The notes under the pieces: generated by a model
Told to the model about the DNA's origin: nothing
The model's database searches: none
What the model saw: the letters and a program-made list of their open reading frames with translations, nothing else
Position numbers and translations under genes: made by a program
DNA from: Candidatus Omnitrophota bacterium
Lineage (GTDB): Bacteria; Omnitrophota; Gorgyraeia; Gygaellales; Profunditerraquicolaceae
Direction of reading: 5' to 3'
DNA length: 64,000 nt
Assembly (NCBI GenBank): GCA_022710715.1
Contig: JAKLGJ010000003.1
Coordinates: 190,527-254,526 of the forward strand
Shown here: piece after piece, positions 1-8,646 of the stretch
Position numbering within the stretch: the stretch's first letter is position 1
Layout of the letters: each line of letters begins with the position of its first letter

Positions 1-1778
1 CACGCCCGCGCTGATATACCCGGCGCTTTCCACGATCAGATCCTGACAATACCAGGCCGACTGGGCGCTCTCGAGTATATTAAAATTCCTCAACTCGCCG
101 TTAACCTGCACGGCAGTATCCCCGGCCTTGACCGTGCCATAGTTGTGCACGGTGCCGCCAATCACCCGTGTGCCCTCGCCGCTCATCTCAAGCAGCGAGC
201 CGGGAGCGTTGGCAACCGCAGCGTTCAACGCGCCGCCTCTGTAATAGAAGCGGTCGTAATTGTTAATCGTCCCCGCATTCAGCGTGCCGCCGCTCAAATC
301 GTACAAACCGCTGCTGGTTCCGTCGGGCGTTGCGGAAACCCATACGTTGCCGTTGACATTGACCTCGCCGCCGCTCTGGCGGAACTCGCCCCGGCCGCGG
401 TTGCCTACGACCAGATCACTATTCTCCACATGCAGTTGCCCGGTGCCCGATAACGTATACAGACCGACGCTGTTATCCTGACGGGCAAGCCACAAAGGAT
501 AATCAGTCATGATCACCGTGCCGCCGCTTTGAATAACCTCGCCTGTCCCCGCCCATTCGCCCAAAGCCATACCGTCGGCGCGGAACTCCCCGTCAGCCAT
601 CTCGAAAATGCCGTGGCCGGTCGACCCCGCTCCCAGATACACACCGCTATTCTCGGCGTTAAACTCGCCGCCGTCCTGATAAAAATATCCTTCGCCGTTG
701 GAACCAATGAAAACTTCCGACCGGTCGTCATTCAAATTCGTCGCCAGATACCCGTCGTACAAATAATACTCGCCCCGCGAACCCGCATCGGCGCCCAGGA
801 CCAGATCGCCATCCAGAAGATTATATCCGCCATCCTGCACAAAAGTCCCGTTGCCCTGAAAGCCTATGATCTCATTTCCGCCTATATACTGCTGCTGGCC
901 GTCATCGTTCAATAGCGCCTCGCCGAACTCATCCACCAGAAGCGCGGTCCGGCTGTTGAGAGATCCGCCGTACTGATAATACGCGCCGTGACTGCCGGCC
1001 ACGTCGCCGATCACCAGATCCGAGAAACTGCCCTCGCGGACTTCCCATCTTTCCTCATCTTCATTATACACCGCATTATCGCCGATGATCTCATGCATTC
1101 CGTCATTCTGAGAGAAAAACGCGCCCGGCGACCAGGTCCCTGCCGAATCTTCGACTTCAAACCCGGTTGATGAACTGGCGATCACCTCATGGCCCACAGT
1201 CAGGAACGCGTCTTCGCTCCAGGAATCCAACTCGTACGAACCATTGCTGTTGGACGCGACACCCAGTACCAACCCTGTGATCACTTTATTCGTCCCGCCA
1301 TACTGATACACACTGCCTGTGCCCTCGCTGCCGACCACCATCTCCCTGCTCTCCAGCTCGCCTGCATTCAAAGAATACGTCCCGAACGAACCATTCAAAT
1401 CCCCCAGACGCAGCTGATTGCCCACTGCAACCCGGCCGCCGCTCTGATCCACAAAACAATCCGTATCAAACCCGAAATACGCGTTCTGATGAACCGTCAA
1501 GTCGGCATTCGATTTAATATCCAGCTCCATGCCGTAATCAATTAACAGAGAATTCACATTCTGATTGGAATCTATCGCAACATAGCCCCAGAACGGGGAA
1601 CCCAGAATGAAAGCTTCGTCATCAGTGAACGGCACGCCGTTCGGATCCCAGTTGTCGGGATTTTCCCAATTGCTATCAGACCCATCCCCGCCGTCCCAGT
1701 AATAAGTCGTCTGCGCGAAAGCTGTGCACGCTATCAAAACTCCCATCAGCACCAGAAAAACTGTCTTTGAAAAACGCA
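1..1778 (-). CDS. Secreted repeat protein, 5' complete and 3' truncated by the window edge. Signal peptide MRFSKTVFLVLMGVLIACTAFAQ, then repeated G-x-(Y/F)-x-Q-x-GG units typical of autotransporter-associated (PATR-like) beta-strand repeats.
   Basis: Hand translation of the minus strand. ATG at 1776-1778 is preceded by GGAG, and the frame stays open to position 1. Absent from the ORF track because no stop lies inside the window. Plus-strand ORFs 145-1545 are antisense shadows of this gene. Confidence 0.6.
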
Positions 1779-2065
1779 TAGAAAACTCCTTTTTTAGCGG
1801 GTAAACAGAATCCTACACTTAATTGTAAGCATATTCCGTGCCAAAGATTAAAAAAAGTTCATACTAATTCACGCCGTAACCACGAGCTGCTCAATGCGTT
1901 AAGAATGCGCCTTCCAAGACCTTCTATGGCTGGAAGCCCGGTCCGATTCCATTGTTGCCGGCCTTAAACACAAACAGAGCGCCCGACCCCACCCGGCGCT
2001 CTATCACTATGCAGCATCAACCCTTTAGCGCATGATTAATATCAACATAAAATCAGCCCAAGCTG

Positions 2066-2146
2066 AAAAAAGGGGACAGGTCCACCCAAAACCCTCCGTC
2101 GAGAAATTTAGACAGATGTGTCCCCTTCTAAATTTGCTGTGTCCCC
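2066..2146 (+). repeat. REP-like element copy A: GGGGACAGGTCCACCC-N30-GACAGATGTGTCCCC-N14-GCTGTGTCCCC.
   Basis: Near-identical to copies at 2838, 3493 and 5320. Lies 5 nt after the RAYT stop. Confidence 0.85.
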
Positions 2147-2155
2147 TTTTTAGTT

Positions 2156-2821
2156 CTAGGGAACCCCACACACCATCTGATCCAGAGGAAGCTGTTTAAT
2201 CTTTTCTTTCATCCGTTCCACGAAATCCTCACTCCCTAATATCGTCCGGCGCGAGAAAGATTTCTGATTCATCACCCTGGAATCAAGCACAAAATCGCTG
2301 TAAGTCCTTTGCCGAGCCGCCGGATCGCTGCCAAGCCGCTCATACAACGGATCCATGCTCACCAAAGGATCCTTCTTCCCGGCAGCGTACACATTATAAC
2401 TGCTGAATCCGTATTCCTCGGGATAGGAAACCAACTCTCCGCGCACAGGGTTCAATTCCACATACTTGCCGCACTGCACCAGATAATTCTCCGAATCGAC
2501 AATGATACTCTTATACCGCCCCTGCCACAAATGCCCGATTAAACCGTAGCGCTTGCGAAAATACTGCATATAGGACAGGTTCACCTTCTGCATAAAAAGC
2601 GCGACATTCGACTCCATCTGCGGCCAAAGCAGCAAATGCACATGATTATTCATCAGGCAATAGTGCAGGATCTTGATAAAATTATTCGCCCTATGCTCCA
2701 GCAGCAATTTGTAATAATGCCGCTTATCCTCCCAGCAATGAAAAACGAACTGCTTGCCATTGCCCCGGCACATCACATGCAACCCCGCTCCAACCACGAT
2801 GATCCTGCGAATCCTCGGCAT
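2156..2821 (-). CDS. REP-associated tyrosine transposase (RAYT; IS200-like Y1 HUH transposase).
   Basis: HUH motif NHVHLLLW; catalytic Tyr region GHLWQGRYKS...ELNPVRGELV like E. coli RayT/YafM. Start moved to the internal ATG (MPRIRR) preceded by GAGGAGGAGG, because the ORF-track N-terminus is read through REP copy B. Confidence 0.8.
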   Translation of the reverse strand: MPRIRRIIVVGAGLHVMCRGNGKQFVFHCWEDKRHYYKLLLEHRANNFIKILHYCLMNNHVHLLLWPQMESNVALFMQKVNLSYMQYFRKRYGLIGHLWQGRYKSIIVDSENYLVQCGKYVELNPVRGELVSYPEEYGFSSYNVYAAGKKDPLVSMDPLYERLGSDPAARQRTYSDFVLDSRVMNQKSFSRRTILGSEDFVERMKEKIKQLPLDQMVCGVP

Positions 2822-2837
2822 CTGCTCCTCCTCCTCA

Positions 2838-2916
2838 CATAAGGGGACAGGTCCACCCAAAACGGCTCGTCGAGAATTTTGGACAGATGTGTCCCCTTCT
2901 AAATTTGCTGTGTCCC
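2838..2916 (+). repeat. REP-like element copy B, same orientation as copy A, between the RAYT start and the ORF6N-1 stop.
   Basis: Direct sequence identity to copy A over about 80 bp. Confidence 0.85.
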
Positions 2917-2932
2917 CTTTTCGAGGACGAGA

Positions 2933-3475
2933 TTAATCAGTCTTGAATCCAATCTGCGGCTTCGAAACCGGTGCCGACGATTTGGTGACAGGCTGCGCCG
3001 GCGCAAGCAATAATTGCTTGATAGCTTCGAAAATCGCATTGATCCGCTCATCGTGCTTATCCACTCGCCGCCCCAACGCTTCAAGCTTTTCCGCCAATTC
3101 CCGGTGAGTCAACAAGAGCTCGCGCAACTTCACAAACGCCCTCATAATAGCAATATTTACCTGAACAGCCCGCTCTGACCTCAAAACGCTTGAAAGCATC
3201 GCCACACCCTGTTCGGTAAAAACATACGGCAAGTGTCGCCTGCCGCCCCAACTTGACATCGCAAATTGCGATTTCAAATTTATTGCTTCTTCCTGGGTCA
3301 TCTGAAACATAAAATCATCCGGGAATCTATTACGATTCCTTTTAACCTGCTCATTCAACCGCATCGTTGCAACACCATACAACTGCGCCAGGTCCCGATC
3401 GATCAAAACCCGCTTACCCCGTACCACTAAAATTCTTGCTGCCACGGCTTCCACAGAAAATTTCCCTTCGTTCAT
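2933..3475 (-). CDS. ORF6N-domain (KilA-N-like, phage antirepressor-type DNA-binding) protein, paralog 1.
   Basis: MNEGKFSVEAVAARILVVRGKRVLIDRDLAQLYGV...RFPDDFMFQ...[46 protein letters not shown] plus a C-terminal coiled coil. Start trimmed to ATG 3475 because the first 27 aa of the track ORF translate REP copy C. Confidence 0.7.
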   Translation of the reverse strand: MNEGKFSVEAVAARILVVRGKRVLIDRDLAQLYGVATMRLNEQVKRNRNRFPDDFMFQMTQEEAINLKSQFAMSSWGGRRHLPYVFTEQGVAMLSSVLRSERAVQVNIAIMRAFVKLRELLLTHRELAEKLEALGRRVDKHDERINAIFEAIKQLLLAPAQPVTKSSAPVSKPQIGFKTD

Positions 3476-3492
3476 AGGCACACCTCCCTGGG

Positions 3493-3570
3493 CAAGGGGA
3501 CAGGTCCACCCTTTTGCGCTCGTCGATATTTTCGGACAGATGTGTCCCCTTTTCAATTTACTGTGTCCCC
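3493..3570 (+). repeat. REP-like element copy C.
   Basis: GGGGACAGGTCCACCC...GACAGATGTGTCCCC...CTGTGTCCCC. Confidence 0.85.
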
Positions 3571-3663
3571 TTTTACCCTAATAGACGCCATCGCCGCTCA
3601 AATCTAACAAAAATATTTTTAACCCAACACACTTTCAATAACCGCACACAACCACTCCCCCCT

Positions 3664-3744
3664 AAAAAAGGGGACACAGCATTTTCGAAAGGGGACACAT
3701 CTCCCCCTTTTTCTCGACGAGGGCTAAGGGGTGGACCTGTCCCC
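3664..3744 (-). repeat. REP-like element copy D, inverted relative to copy C with about 93 bp between them (REPIN-like inverted pair).
   Basis: GGGGACACAGC...GGGGACACATCT...GGGTGGACCTGTCCCC. Confidence 0.8.
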
Positions 3745-3751
3745 TTTTCCG

Positions 3752-3760
3752 TGGTATAAT
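3752..3760 (+). promoter_or_regulatory. Extended -10 promoter TGgTATAAT located 6 nt upstream of the xrtA ATG; predicts a leaderless transcript.
   Basis: TGGTATAAT at 3752-3760, ATG at 3767, no Shine-Dalgarno. Confidence 0.45.
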
Positions 3761-3766
3761 TACTGC

Positions 3767-4639
3767 ATGTTCAATTATCTGATCTGGGGATTAGTCGCCG
3801 CGCTTTATTCGCCGATCATCTACCAGCTTTACCGCAACCGCTGGGAAATGATCGACTACACCCACGCCTACTTCATCCTGCCGGTCTCTCTGTGGCTGAT
3901 CTGGCGCAAGCGCAAAGAACTGCGCCAAGCCGCCCGCGCAACCGCCGCAAGCCGCGCCGCCGCCCACGCCCGCACCCCCAAAAAGGCCGCGCGCTCCGCA
4001 TCCTGGGGTCTGGCAGCCCTCATCCTGGGCGTCCTGTTCTTCATCTTCGGCTGGCGCTGGGATTATCTGTTCATCTCCACCTTCTCGCTCATCCTCACCG
4101 GCTCCGGCCTGGTGCTTTATCTCTACGGCTCCAAAACCGCCAAACTGCTCAAGTTCCCCATTCTCTATCTTTTGCTCATGGTTCCGCCGCCTCTGGGCAT
4201 CCTGGACTCCATCACCCTGCCCATGCGTTACGGCATCTCCGCGGTCGCCGAATTCATCCTGCGCTCATTCCACGTGCCGGTAGTCCGCGACGGCCTGCTG
4301 CTCAACGTCGGCGGACAGGAAATATTCATGGGCCAGCCCTGCTCGGGATTCCGCTCCCTGATCACCCTGATCTCCCTGGGCCTGGCGTACGTGTACATCT
4401 GCAAATCCACGCGACGCACCAAAGCCATACTCCTGGCCTCGATCGTACCCCTGGCTTTAACCGGCAACCTTATCCGCGTGCTTTCGCTGTGCCTGGTCAC
4501 CTACCACTTCGGCCCGGAGATCGGCCAGGGCTTCTTCCACGATTTCAGCGGCATCCTCATGTTCATCGTGACCATTTCCGGCCTCATCGGTCTGGAAGCC
4601 TATTTAAACCGCCCGCGGGTCACGGAGGAGGAACGCTAG
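3767..4639 (+). CDS. xrtA: Exosortase (EpsH/XrtA family), polytopic membrane transpeptidase.
   Basis: WEMIDYTHAYFILPVSLWLIWRKR N-terminal motif; CSG active-site region PCSGFRSLITLISLGLAYVY; 8 predicted TM helices; followed directly by EpsI. Start set to ATG 3767 rather than GTG 3731, which lies in REP copy D. Confidence 0.75.
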   Translation: MFNYLIWGLVAALYSPIIYQLYRNRWEMIDYTHAYFILPVSLWLIWRKRKELRQAARATAASRAAAHARTPKKAARSASWGLAALILGVLFFIFGWRWDYLFISTFSLILTGSGLVLYLYGSKTAKLLKFPILYLLLMVPPPLGILDSITLPMRYGISAVAEFILRSFHVPVVRDGLLLNVGGQEIFMGQPCSGFRSLITLISLGLAYVYICKSTRRTKAILLASIVPLALTGNLIRVLSLCLVTYHFGPEIGQGFFHDFSGILMFIVTISGLIGLEAYLNRPRVTEEER

Positions 4640-5320
4640 ATGAAAAAAGCCGCCCCTGCCCGCGCCGCCGCCCCCGCCGCGCCCTTCAACCCCAGATACC
4701 TTATCGCCGCCATCCTCATCTGCGCGGCTATCGCAATCAGCTTCGCCATACCTAAACCCAAATACCAAAGCCTCAACGTCCTTAAACAGATCTCCATCCC
4801 GGTAAACTTCGGAGACTGGAAGGGCAACGACATCGGTCAGCAGCTCGACCTCAACGACGACCGCTACCGCTTCATCTCGGACATCTTCGCGCGCACCTAC
4901 ACCCGCGCAGACGGCGCGCAGCTCATGTTGCTGATCCTCGACGCAGGCAACTTCCACAATCCCAAAGTCTGCTTCGGCTCTTCCGGCTACAAAATCCGCG
5001 AGCTTCCCGACACCCGGATCAACGCCGGCAAACGCTCTTTTGAAACCACCACCCTGCTGATGACCAAAGATCCGGAATCCACCATGCTCATCTACTGGCT
5101 GTGCATCGATAAGAAAATAACTTCCTGGGCCGGCCAAAAAACCAAAGAACTCTGGTTCTCGCTCTTCAACAAAAAGAAAGCCGGACTCATGGTCCGGCTC
5201 GACGTTCCTGCTCATCCTCAAGCGCCCGAAGCCTCCGCGGCTTTAGCGCAGCAATTCGTTACTGAACTATCAACTCACCTTTCTGAAAAGGACCTGACTC
5301 TCATATTCGGCGCCCAGTAA
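4640..5320 (+). CDS. epsI: EpsI-family exosortase-associated protein.
   Basis: Unfused partner directly after the exosortase (stop/start overlap TAGATG); single N-terminal TM helix then a soluble domain, the EpsI architecture. Confidence 0.6.
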   Translation: MKKAAPARAAAPAAPFNPRYLIAAILICAAIAISFAIPKPKYQSLNVLKQISIPVNFGDWKGNDIGQQLDLNDDRYRFISDIFARTYTRADGAQLMLLILDAGNFHNPKVCFGSSGYKIRELPDTRINAGKRSFETTTLLMTKDPESTMLIYWLCIDKKITSWAGQKTKELWFSLFNKKKAGLMVRLDVPAHPQAPEASAALAQQFVTELSTHLSEKDLTLIFGAQ

Positions 5321-5396
5321 AGGGGACAGGTCCACCCAAAACCCTCCGTCGACAAAAACAGCCAGATGTGTCCCCTTTCAAATTTGCTATGTCCCC
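5320..5396 (+). repeat. REP-like element copy E, abutting the epsI stop codon.
   Basis: Identity to copies A-C. Confidence 0.85.
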
Positions 5397-5425
5397 TTTT
5401 CCTTTTCCAACTCACTCAACTCAAC

Positions 5426-5941
5426 TCAATTCACATCAAACCTCGGTTTGGGCGGCTCATCCGGAGGCGGCTCAATGAGTTTTTTGATCGTTGTGAAGAT
5501 CACCTGAATATCAGTTTCATGCATTTGATACTTCCGCTCTAATTCTTCAATTTTCTCCGATAACTCTTTGTGCGTTAACAACAGTTCTCGCAGCTTCACA
5601 AATGCCCGCATAATTGCTATATTTACCTGGACTGCACGTTCTGAACGCAGCACACTCGATAACATCGCCACACCTTCTTGAGTAAACACATACGGCAGGT
5701 ATCTGTGCCCACCCCAACTTGAGGTCACAAATTGTGACCTCAAGTCTACAACCTCTTCTCGGCTAAGTTGAAACATAAAATCTTCAGGAAACCTCTTAAG
5801 ATTCCTTCTAACGCCTTGAAGCAAAGCTTTCGTCTTCACACCATACAGCTCCGCCAAATCCCTATCCAGCATCACCTTCTTCCCTCGAATCAACAGAATC
5901 TTTGCAGCCACAACCTCCACCGAAATTTTCTCTTTTTTCAT
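5426..5941 (-). CDS. ORF6N-domain protein, paralog 2.
   Basis: [35 protein letters not shown]...[58 protein letters not shown] before ATG 5941. Confidence 0.7.
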   Translation of the reverse strand: MKKEKISVEVVAAKILLIRGKKVMLDRDLAELYGVKTKALLQGVRRNLKRFPEDFMFQLSREEVVDLRSQFVTSSWGGHRYLPYVFTQEGVAMLSSVLRSERAVQVNIAIMRAFVKLRELLLTHKELSEKIEELERKYQMHETDIQVIFTTIKKLIEPPPDEPPKPRFDVN

Positions 5942-6132
5942 CGCTCTCCCTCCCTTCATCACTAATAGACGCAGAGAGAAGCGAAATCTAACACAAATCT
6001 CCAGCAACTTATCTCCACCCACCTATAAAAACAAGTAGGACATGGGGACACGAACGAAAAGGAACCAGGTGCCGCGAGGTAACCCCAACAAGAAAAGCGC
6101 ATATTTCTATGCGCTTCCTTCGCCTCCTGATT

Positions 6133-6148
6133 CAAAAGGGGACACAGC
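6133..6148 (-). repeat. Truncated REP-like remnant (a single GGGGACACAGC arm) just 3' of the lipoprotein gene. A second GGGGACAC lies at 6044-6051.
   Basis: Matches the first arm of copies D, G and H only. Confidence 0.4.
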
Positions 6149-6158
6149 TTTTTTCCGC

Positions 6159-6350
6159 CTAATTGTCCAGATACTTGAACTTGCTGACTTTGCTCTGCAG
6201 GTTCGGCTGATGAATCTCTTCTTCGATCACCGTCTTGACGATCTTGCCTTCCGCATCCTTCTCCACCGTGACTTTCTTGTGATAGCCGGTTAACGTCGTG
6301 CACCCGGATAATAAAACCGCAACCAACACCACAACGATAGCCCTTAACAC
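6159..6350 (-). CDS. Small lipoprotein with lipobox LLSGC.
   Basis: Signal peptide plus lipobox; overlaps the GT26 gene by 7 nt (operonic). Confidence 0.45.
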   Translation of the reverse strand: MLRAIVVVLVAVLLSGCTTLTGYHKKVTVEKDAEGKIVKTVIEEEIHQPNLQSKVSKFKYLDN

Positions 6351-7855
6351 TTGAGCACCCCCTTTCGCATTTTATACCGCAACACCATCCCAAACAACTT
6401 CGCCCCATCAATGAAATACCGTTTAAACATCCTGCGCGGCTCCATGAACACGCGCCATAACCACTCCAGATGAATAGCAATCATTATTTTAGGCGCCCGC
6501 CGCACATATCCGGACAGAAAATCAAGATACGCTCCCACGCCCATGCATAACCTCGGCTTTAATGCCGCTCGATGCTTATGAATCCACTTCTCCTGTAAAG
6601 GAGCACCCATGCCTACCAGCAGAATATCCGCCCCGGAATTATTGACCTGTTCCACCACATCGTCATCATTCGCAAAAAATCCGTTGCACACTCCCGCAAC
6701 CTTTAATCCCGGGAACCGATTAGTTGCCATTTCAGCGGCCTTCCGAGCAACCCCCTCCTTGCCCCCCAATAAAAACACCGCCAATCCCCTGTTTGCGGCA
6801 ACACGCAAAACAGCAGGAGAAAACTCCGTCCCGTTGCAATTATCCAGCATCCTGATCCCCAGTAAAGAAGAAACCACCCCCAATCCGATCCCATCGGGCA
6901 ACACCAAATCTTTCCCGTTCAGAATGCCCCGATATGCTTCATCTTTCTGCGCTTTATATAAACAATCCGCATTGAGGAAGAAAATCGTTCTTTTGGCAGA
7001 CGACTTGTTCTCGCCATTCCCAAGTATATCTTCAGCAATGTTTACGGCTTCTTTAAAATAAAGGTTATCGTAAGACACATTAAGCACTAAAGCTCGATCT
7101 CGCTGTTGCACTCCCACAGAGTGCCTTTTCCCCATAAAGTAACTCTTGATCAACAATCCCAACAAAAACAGGCCGCTTTTCGCATATCTTCCCAGCATCA
7201 GTTGAGGATCCTGTGCAATCCTCCAGGTCCATTCCAGATTCAATTTCCGCAGCAACACCGGCGCCCGCTTCAGCCTACCGCCGGGATAATCCATCCATCC
7301 CCCGACGCCCAAACAAAGCCGGGGATTCAACTGATCTCGATGCTTATTGATCCACTTCTCCTGTAAAGGCGCGCCCATGCCCACAATCAGGATATCCGCA
7401 CCCGACCGATTAATCTCTTCGATAACAGCCGCATCATCGCTAAAATATCCGGGATGCGCACCAACGATCTTTAATCCGGGATAAGCCTTAACCAGATTGT
7501 CGCCGGCTTTCTTCACTATTTCTTCCTTGCTCCCCAATAAAAACACCTTATTTCCGCCGAAAGCCGCAGTGACTAAAACCACCGGCGTCAAATCAGACCC
7601 ATTGCAATTTCCACGCGATTCAGTTCCCAACGACGCGCTCAAAAGCCGCAGATAAACACCATCCGGCAAAACCAGTTCAGCCGAATTCAGGATCTTAGCA
7701 TATTCCTCATCGTGCAACGCTTTGTACAGATAATCCGCATTGAGAAAAAACACCGACTTCTTGCTTTTTCCCTGCAAATAATCCTTAACCGTATTCACGG
7801 CTTCCTGGAAAGTCAGATTATTGTAGTTGATCCCAAAAACGTCGGTTTTGTGCAT
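6344..7855 (-). CDS. Tandem-duplicated WecB/TagA/CpsF-family (GT26) glycosyltransferase, two complete domains in one polypeptide.
   Basis: Two about 245-aa halves that each carry FFLNAD..LY, VLPDG, LLG.KEE, GADIL.VGMGAPLQEKWI.KHR..L.PRLC.GVG and LEW.WR motifs. Confidence 0.75.
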   Translation of the reverse strand: MHKTDVFGINYNNLTFQEAVNTVKDYLQGKSKKSVFFLNADYLYKALHDEEYAKILNSAELVLPDGVYLRLLSASLGTESRGNCNGSDLTPVVLVTAAFGGNKVFLLGSKEEIVKKAGDNLVKAYPGLKIVGAHPGYFSDDAAVIEEINRSGADILIVGMGAPLQEKWINKHRDQLNPRLCLGVGGWMDYPGGRLKRAPVLLRKLNLEWTWRIAQDPQLMLGRYAKSGLFLLGLLIKSYFMGKRHSVGVQQRDRALVLNVSYDNLYFKEAVNIAEDILGNGENKSSAKRTIFFLNADCLYKAQKDEAYRGILNGKDLVLPDGIGLGVVSSLLGIRMLDNCNGTEFSPAVLRVAANRGLAVFLLGGKEGVARKAAEMATNRFPGLKVAGVCNGFFANDDDVVEQVNNSGADILLVGMGAPLQEKWIHKHRAALKPRLCMGVGAYLDFLSGYVRRAPKIMIAIHLEWLWRVFMEPRRMFKRYFIDGAKLFGMVLRYKMRKGVLKC

Positions 7856-7858
7856 AGC

Positions 7859-8623
7859 TTAAATTGAGTCGAATATACTCCAGCAATCCAAAGCTCCGTT
7901 AACGATCTTCTTAAAACTCTCCAATGAATCATCACGCTCTATCTTAGTGCGTTTCAAATCAAACAACTCGCAGCCCGGATAATTTATTCCATTGATCGCG
8001 CTGAATGCGCATTTATATCCTGCTTCCTGCACGATTTGCCGGGACAGTTGGTTGTAATGCCTTCGCAAACCATACGGATAAGCAAAGAATTCGATAGATT
8101 CGGATAAAACAGCTTCCAGATCAGCCTTGCAACCGACAATCTCTTCTTTCATCTGCTCCAATGGCGCCCTAGACAGCAAACAATGCGTGCGGGTATGGCC
8201 GCCGAACTCAATCCCGGCCGCACGCATCTCTTTTACCTGGTCTTTGGTCACAATTCCCTTATCTGCGGTAGTCAAAAAAACACATCCTGGCACATTGTTC
8301 TTCTTTAACAAGGGAAAAGCATTATAGTAAATACACTCGCGCCCGTCATCCATGCTCACCGCAATTACCGTGTTTTTCAATTCCTTCTGCCCGGTCAAAA
8401 ACTCATACGCCTGGCGCAAAGAAACAATCTCGAAATTATCTTTCAGATACTTCAGCTGATCTTCGAACATGCCCGTAGAAACGCTATATATGTTCGAAGC
8501 AACGTCCTCCACGTCATGATACATCAACACGCGCACGCCCGGCTGTGTCAGCCTACTCTTGTCAATTTTGCCCCAAGCAGCGCACCTGCGCCTTAACCAA
8601 ACCTTGGCTTTTGTTTTTAACAT
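7859..8623 (-). CDS. Polysaccharide deacetylase (CE4 / NodB-like).
   Basis: SMDDG...HTRTHCLL motifs. Confidence 0.6.
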   Translation of the reverse strand: MLKTKAKVWLRRRCAAWGKIDKSRLTQPGVRVLMYHDVEDVASNIYSVSTGMFEDQLKYLKDNFEIVSLRQAYEFLTGQKELKNTVIAVSMDDGRECIYYNAFPLLKKNNVPGCVFLTTADKGIVTKDQVKEMRAAGIEFGGHTRTHCLLSRAPLEQMKEEIVGCKADLEAVLSESIEFFAYPYGLRRHYNQLSRQIVQEAGYKCAFSAINGINYPGCELFDLKRTKIERDDSLESFKKIVNGALDCWSIFDSI

Positions 8624-8637
8624 ATTACCCGCGAATG

Positions 8638-8646
8638 TGATATAAT
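8638..8646 (+). promoter_or_regulatory. Extended -10 TGaTATAAT. Would place the TSS at or near the second ATG (8654), i.e. a leaderless mRNA for the secreted hydrolase.
   Basis: TGATATAAT at 8638-8646 overlapping the first ATG (8645). Confidence 0.35.

Noticed and set aside
145-1545. Several plus-strand ORFs (145-453, 529-915, 988-1170, 1189-1545)
   Set aside because: They are antisense to a continuous minus-strand reading frame encoding a signal peptide plus PATR-type repeats. They have no RBS and odd composition, so they are shadow ORFs.
2156-2860. Full 234-aa track ORF for the transposase and track N-termini of ORF6N-1, xrtA, atpB, the RR at 45677 and the MBL hydrolase
   Set aside because: N-terminal extensions run through repeats or intergenic DNA from alternative start codons. 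Internal ATGs with Shine-Dalgarno sequences give family-typical N-termini.
3514-3759. ORFs 3514-3759, 22617-22862 and 34140-34535 on the plus strand, each encoding ...KGDT..KGDTS..FSRR..GGPVP...
   Set aside because: These are translations of the REP-like repeat itself. The same peptide recurs because the DNA repeat recurs, so they are not genes.
3892-4755. 287-aa Arg/Pro-rich ORF overlapping xrtA in another frame, and the antisense 205-aa ORF 4604-5221
   Set aside because: Low-complexity products of GC-rich sequence. xrtA and epsI have recognisable family motifs in the other frames.
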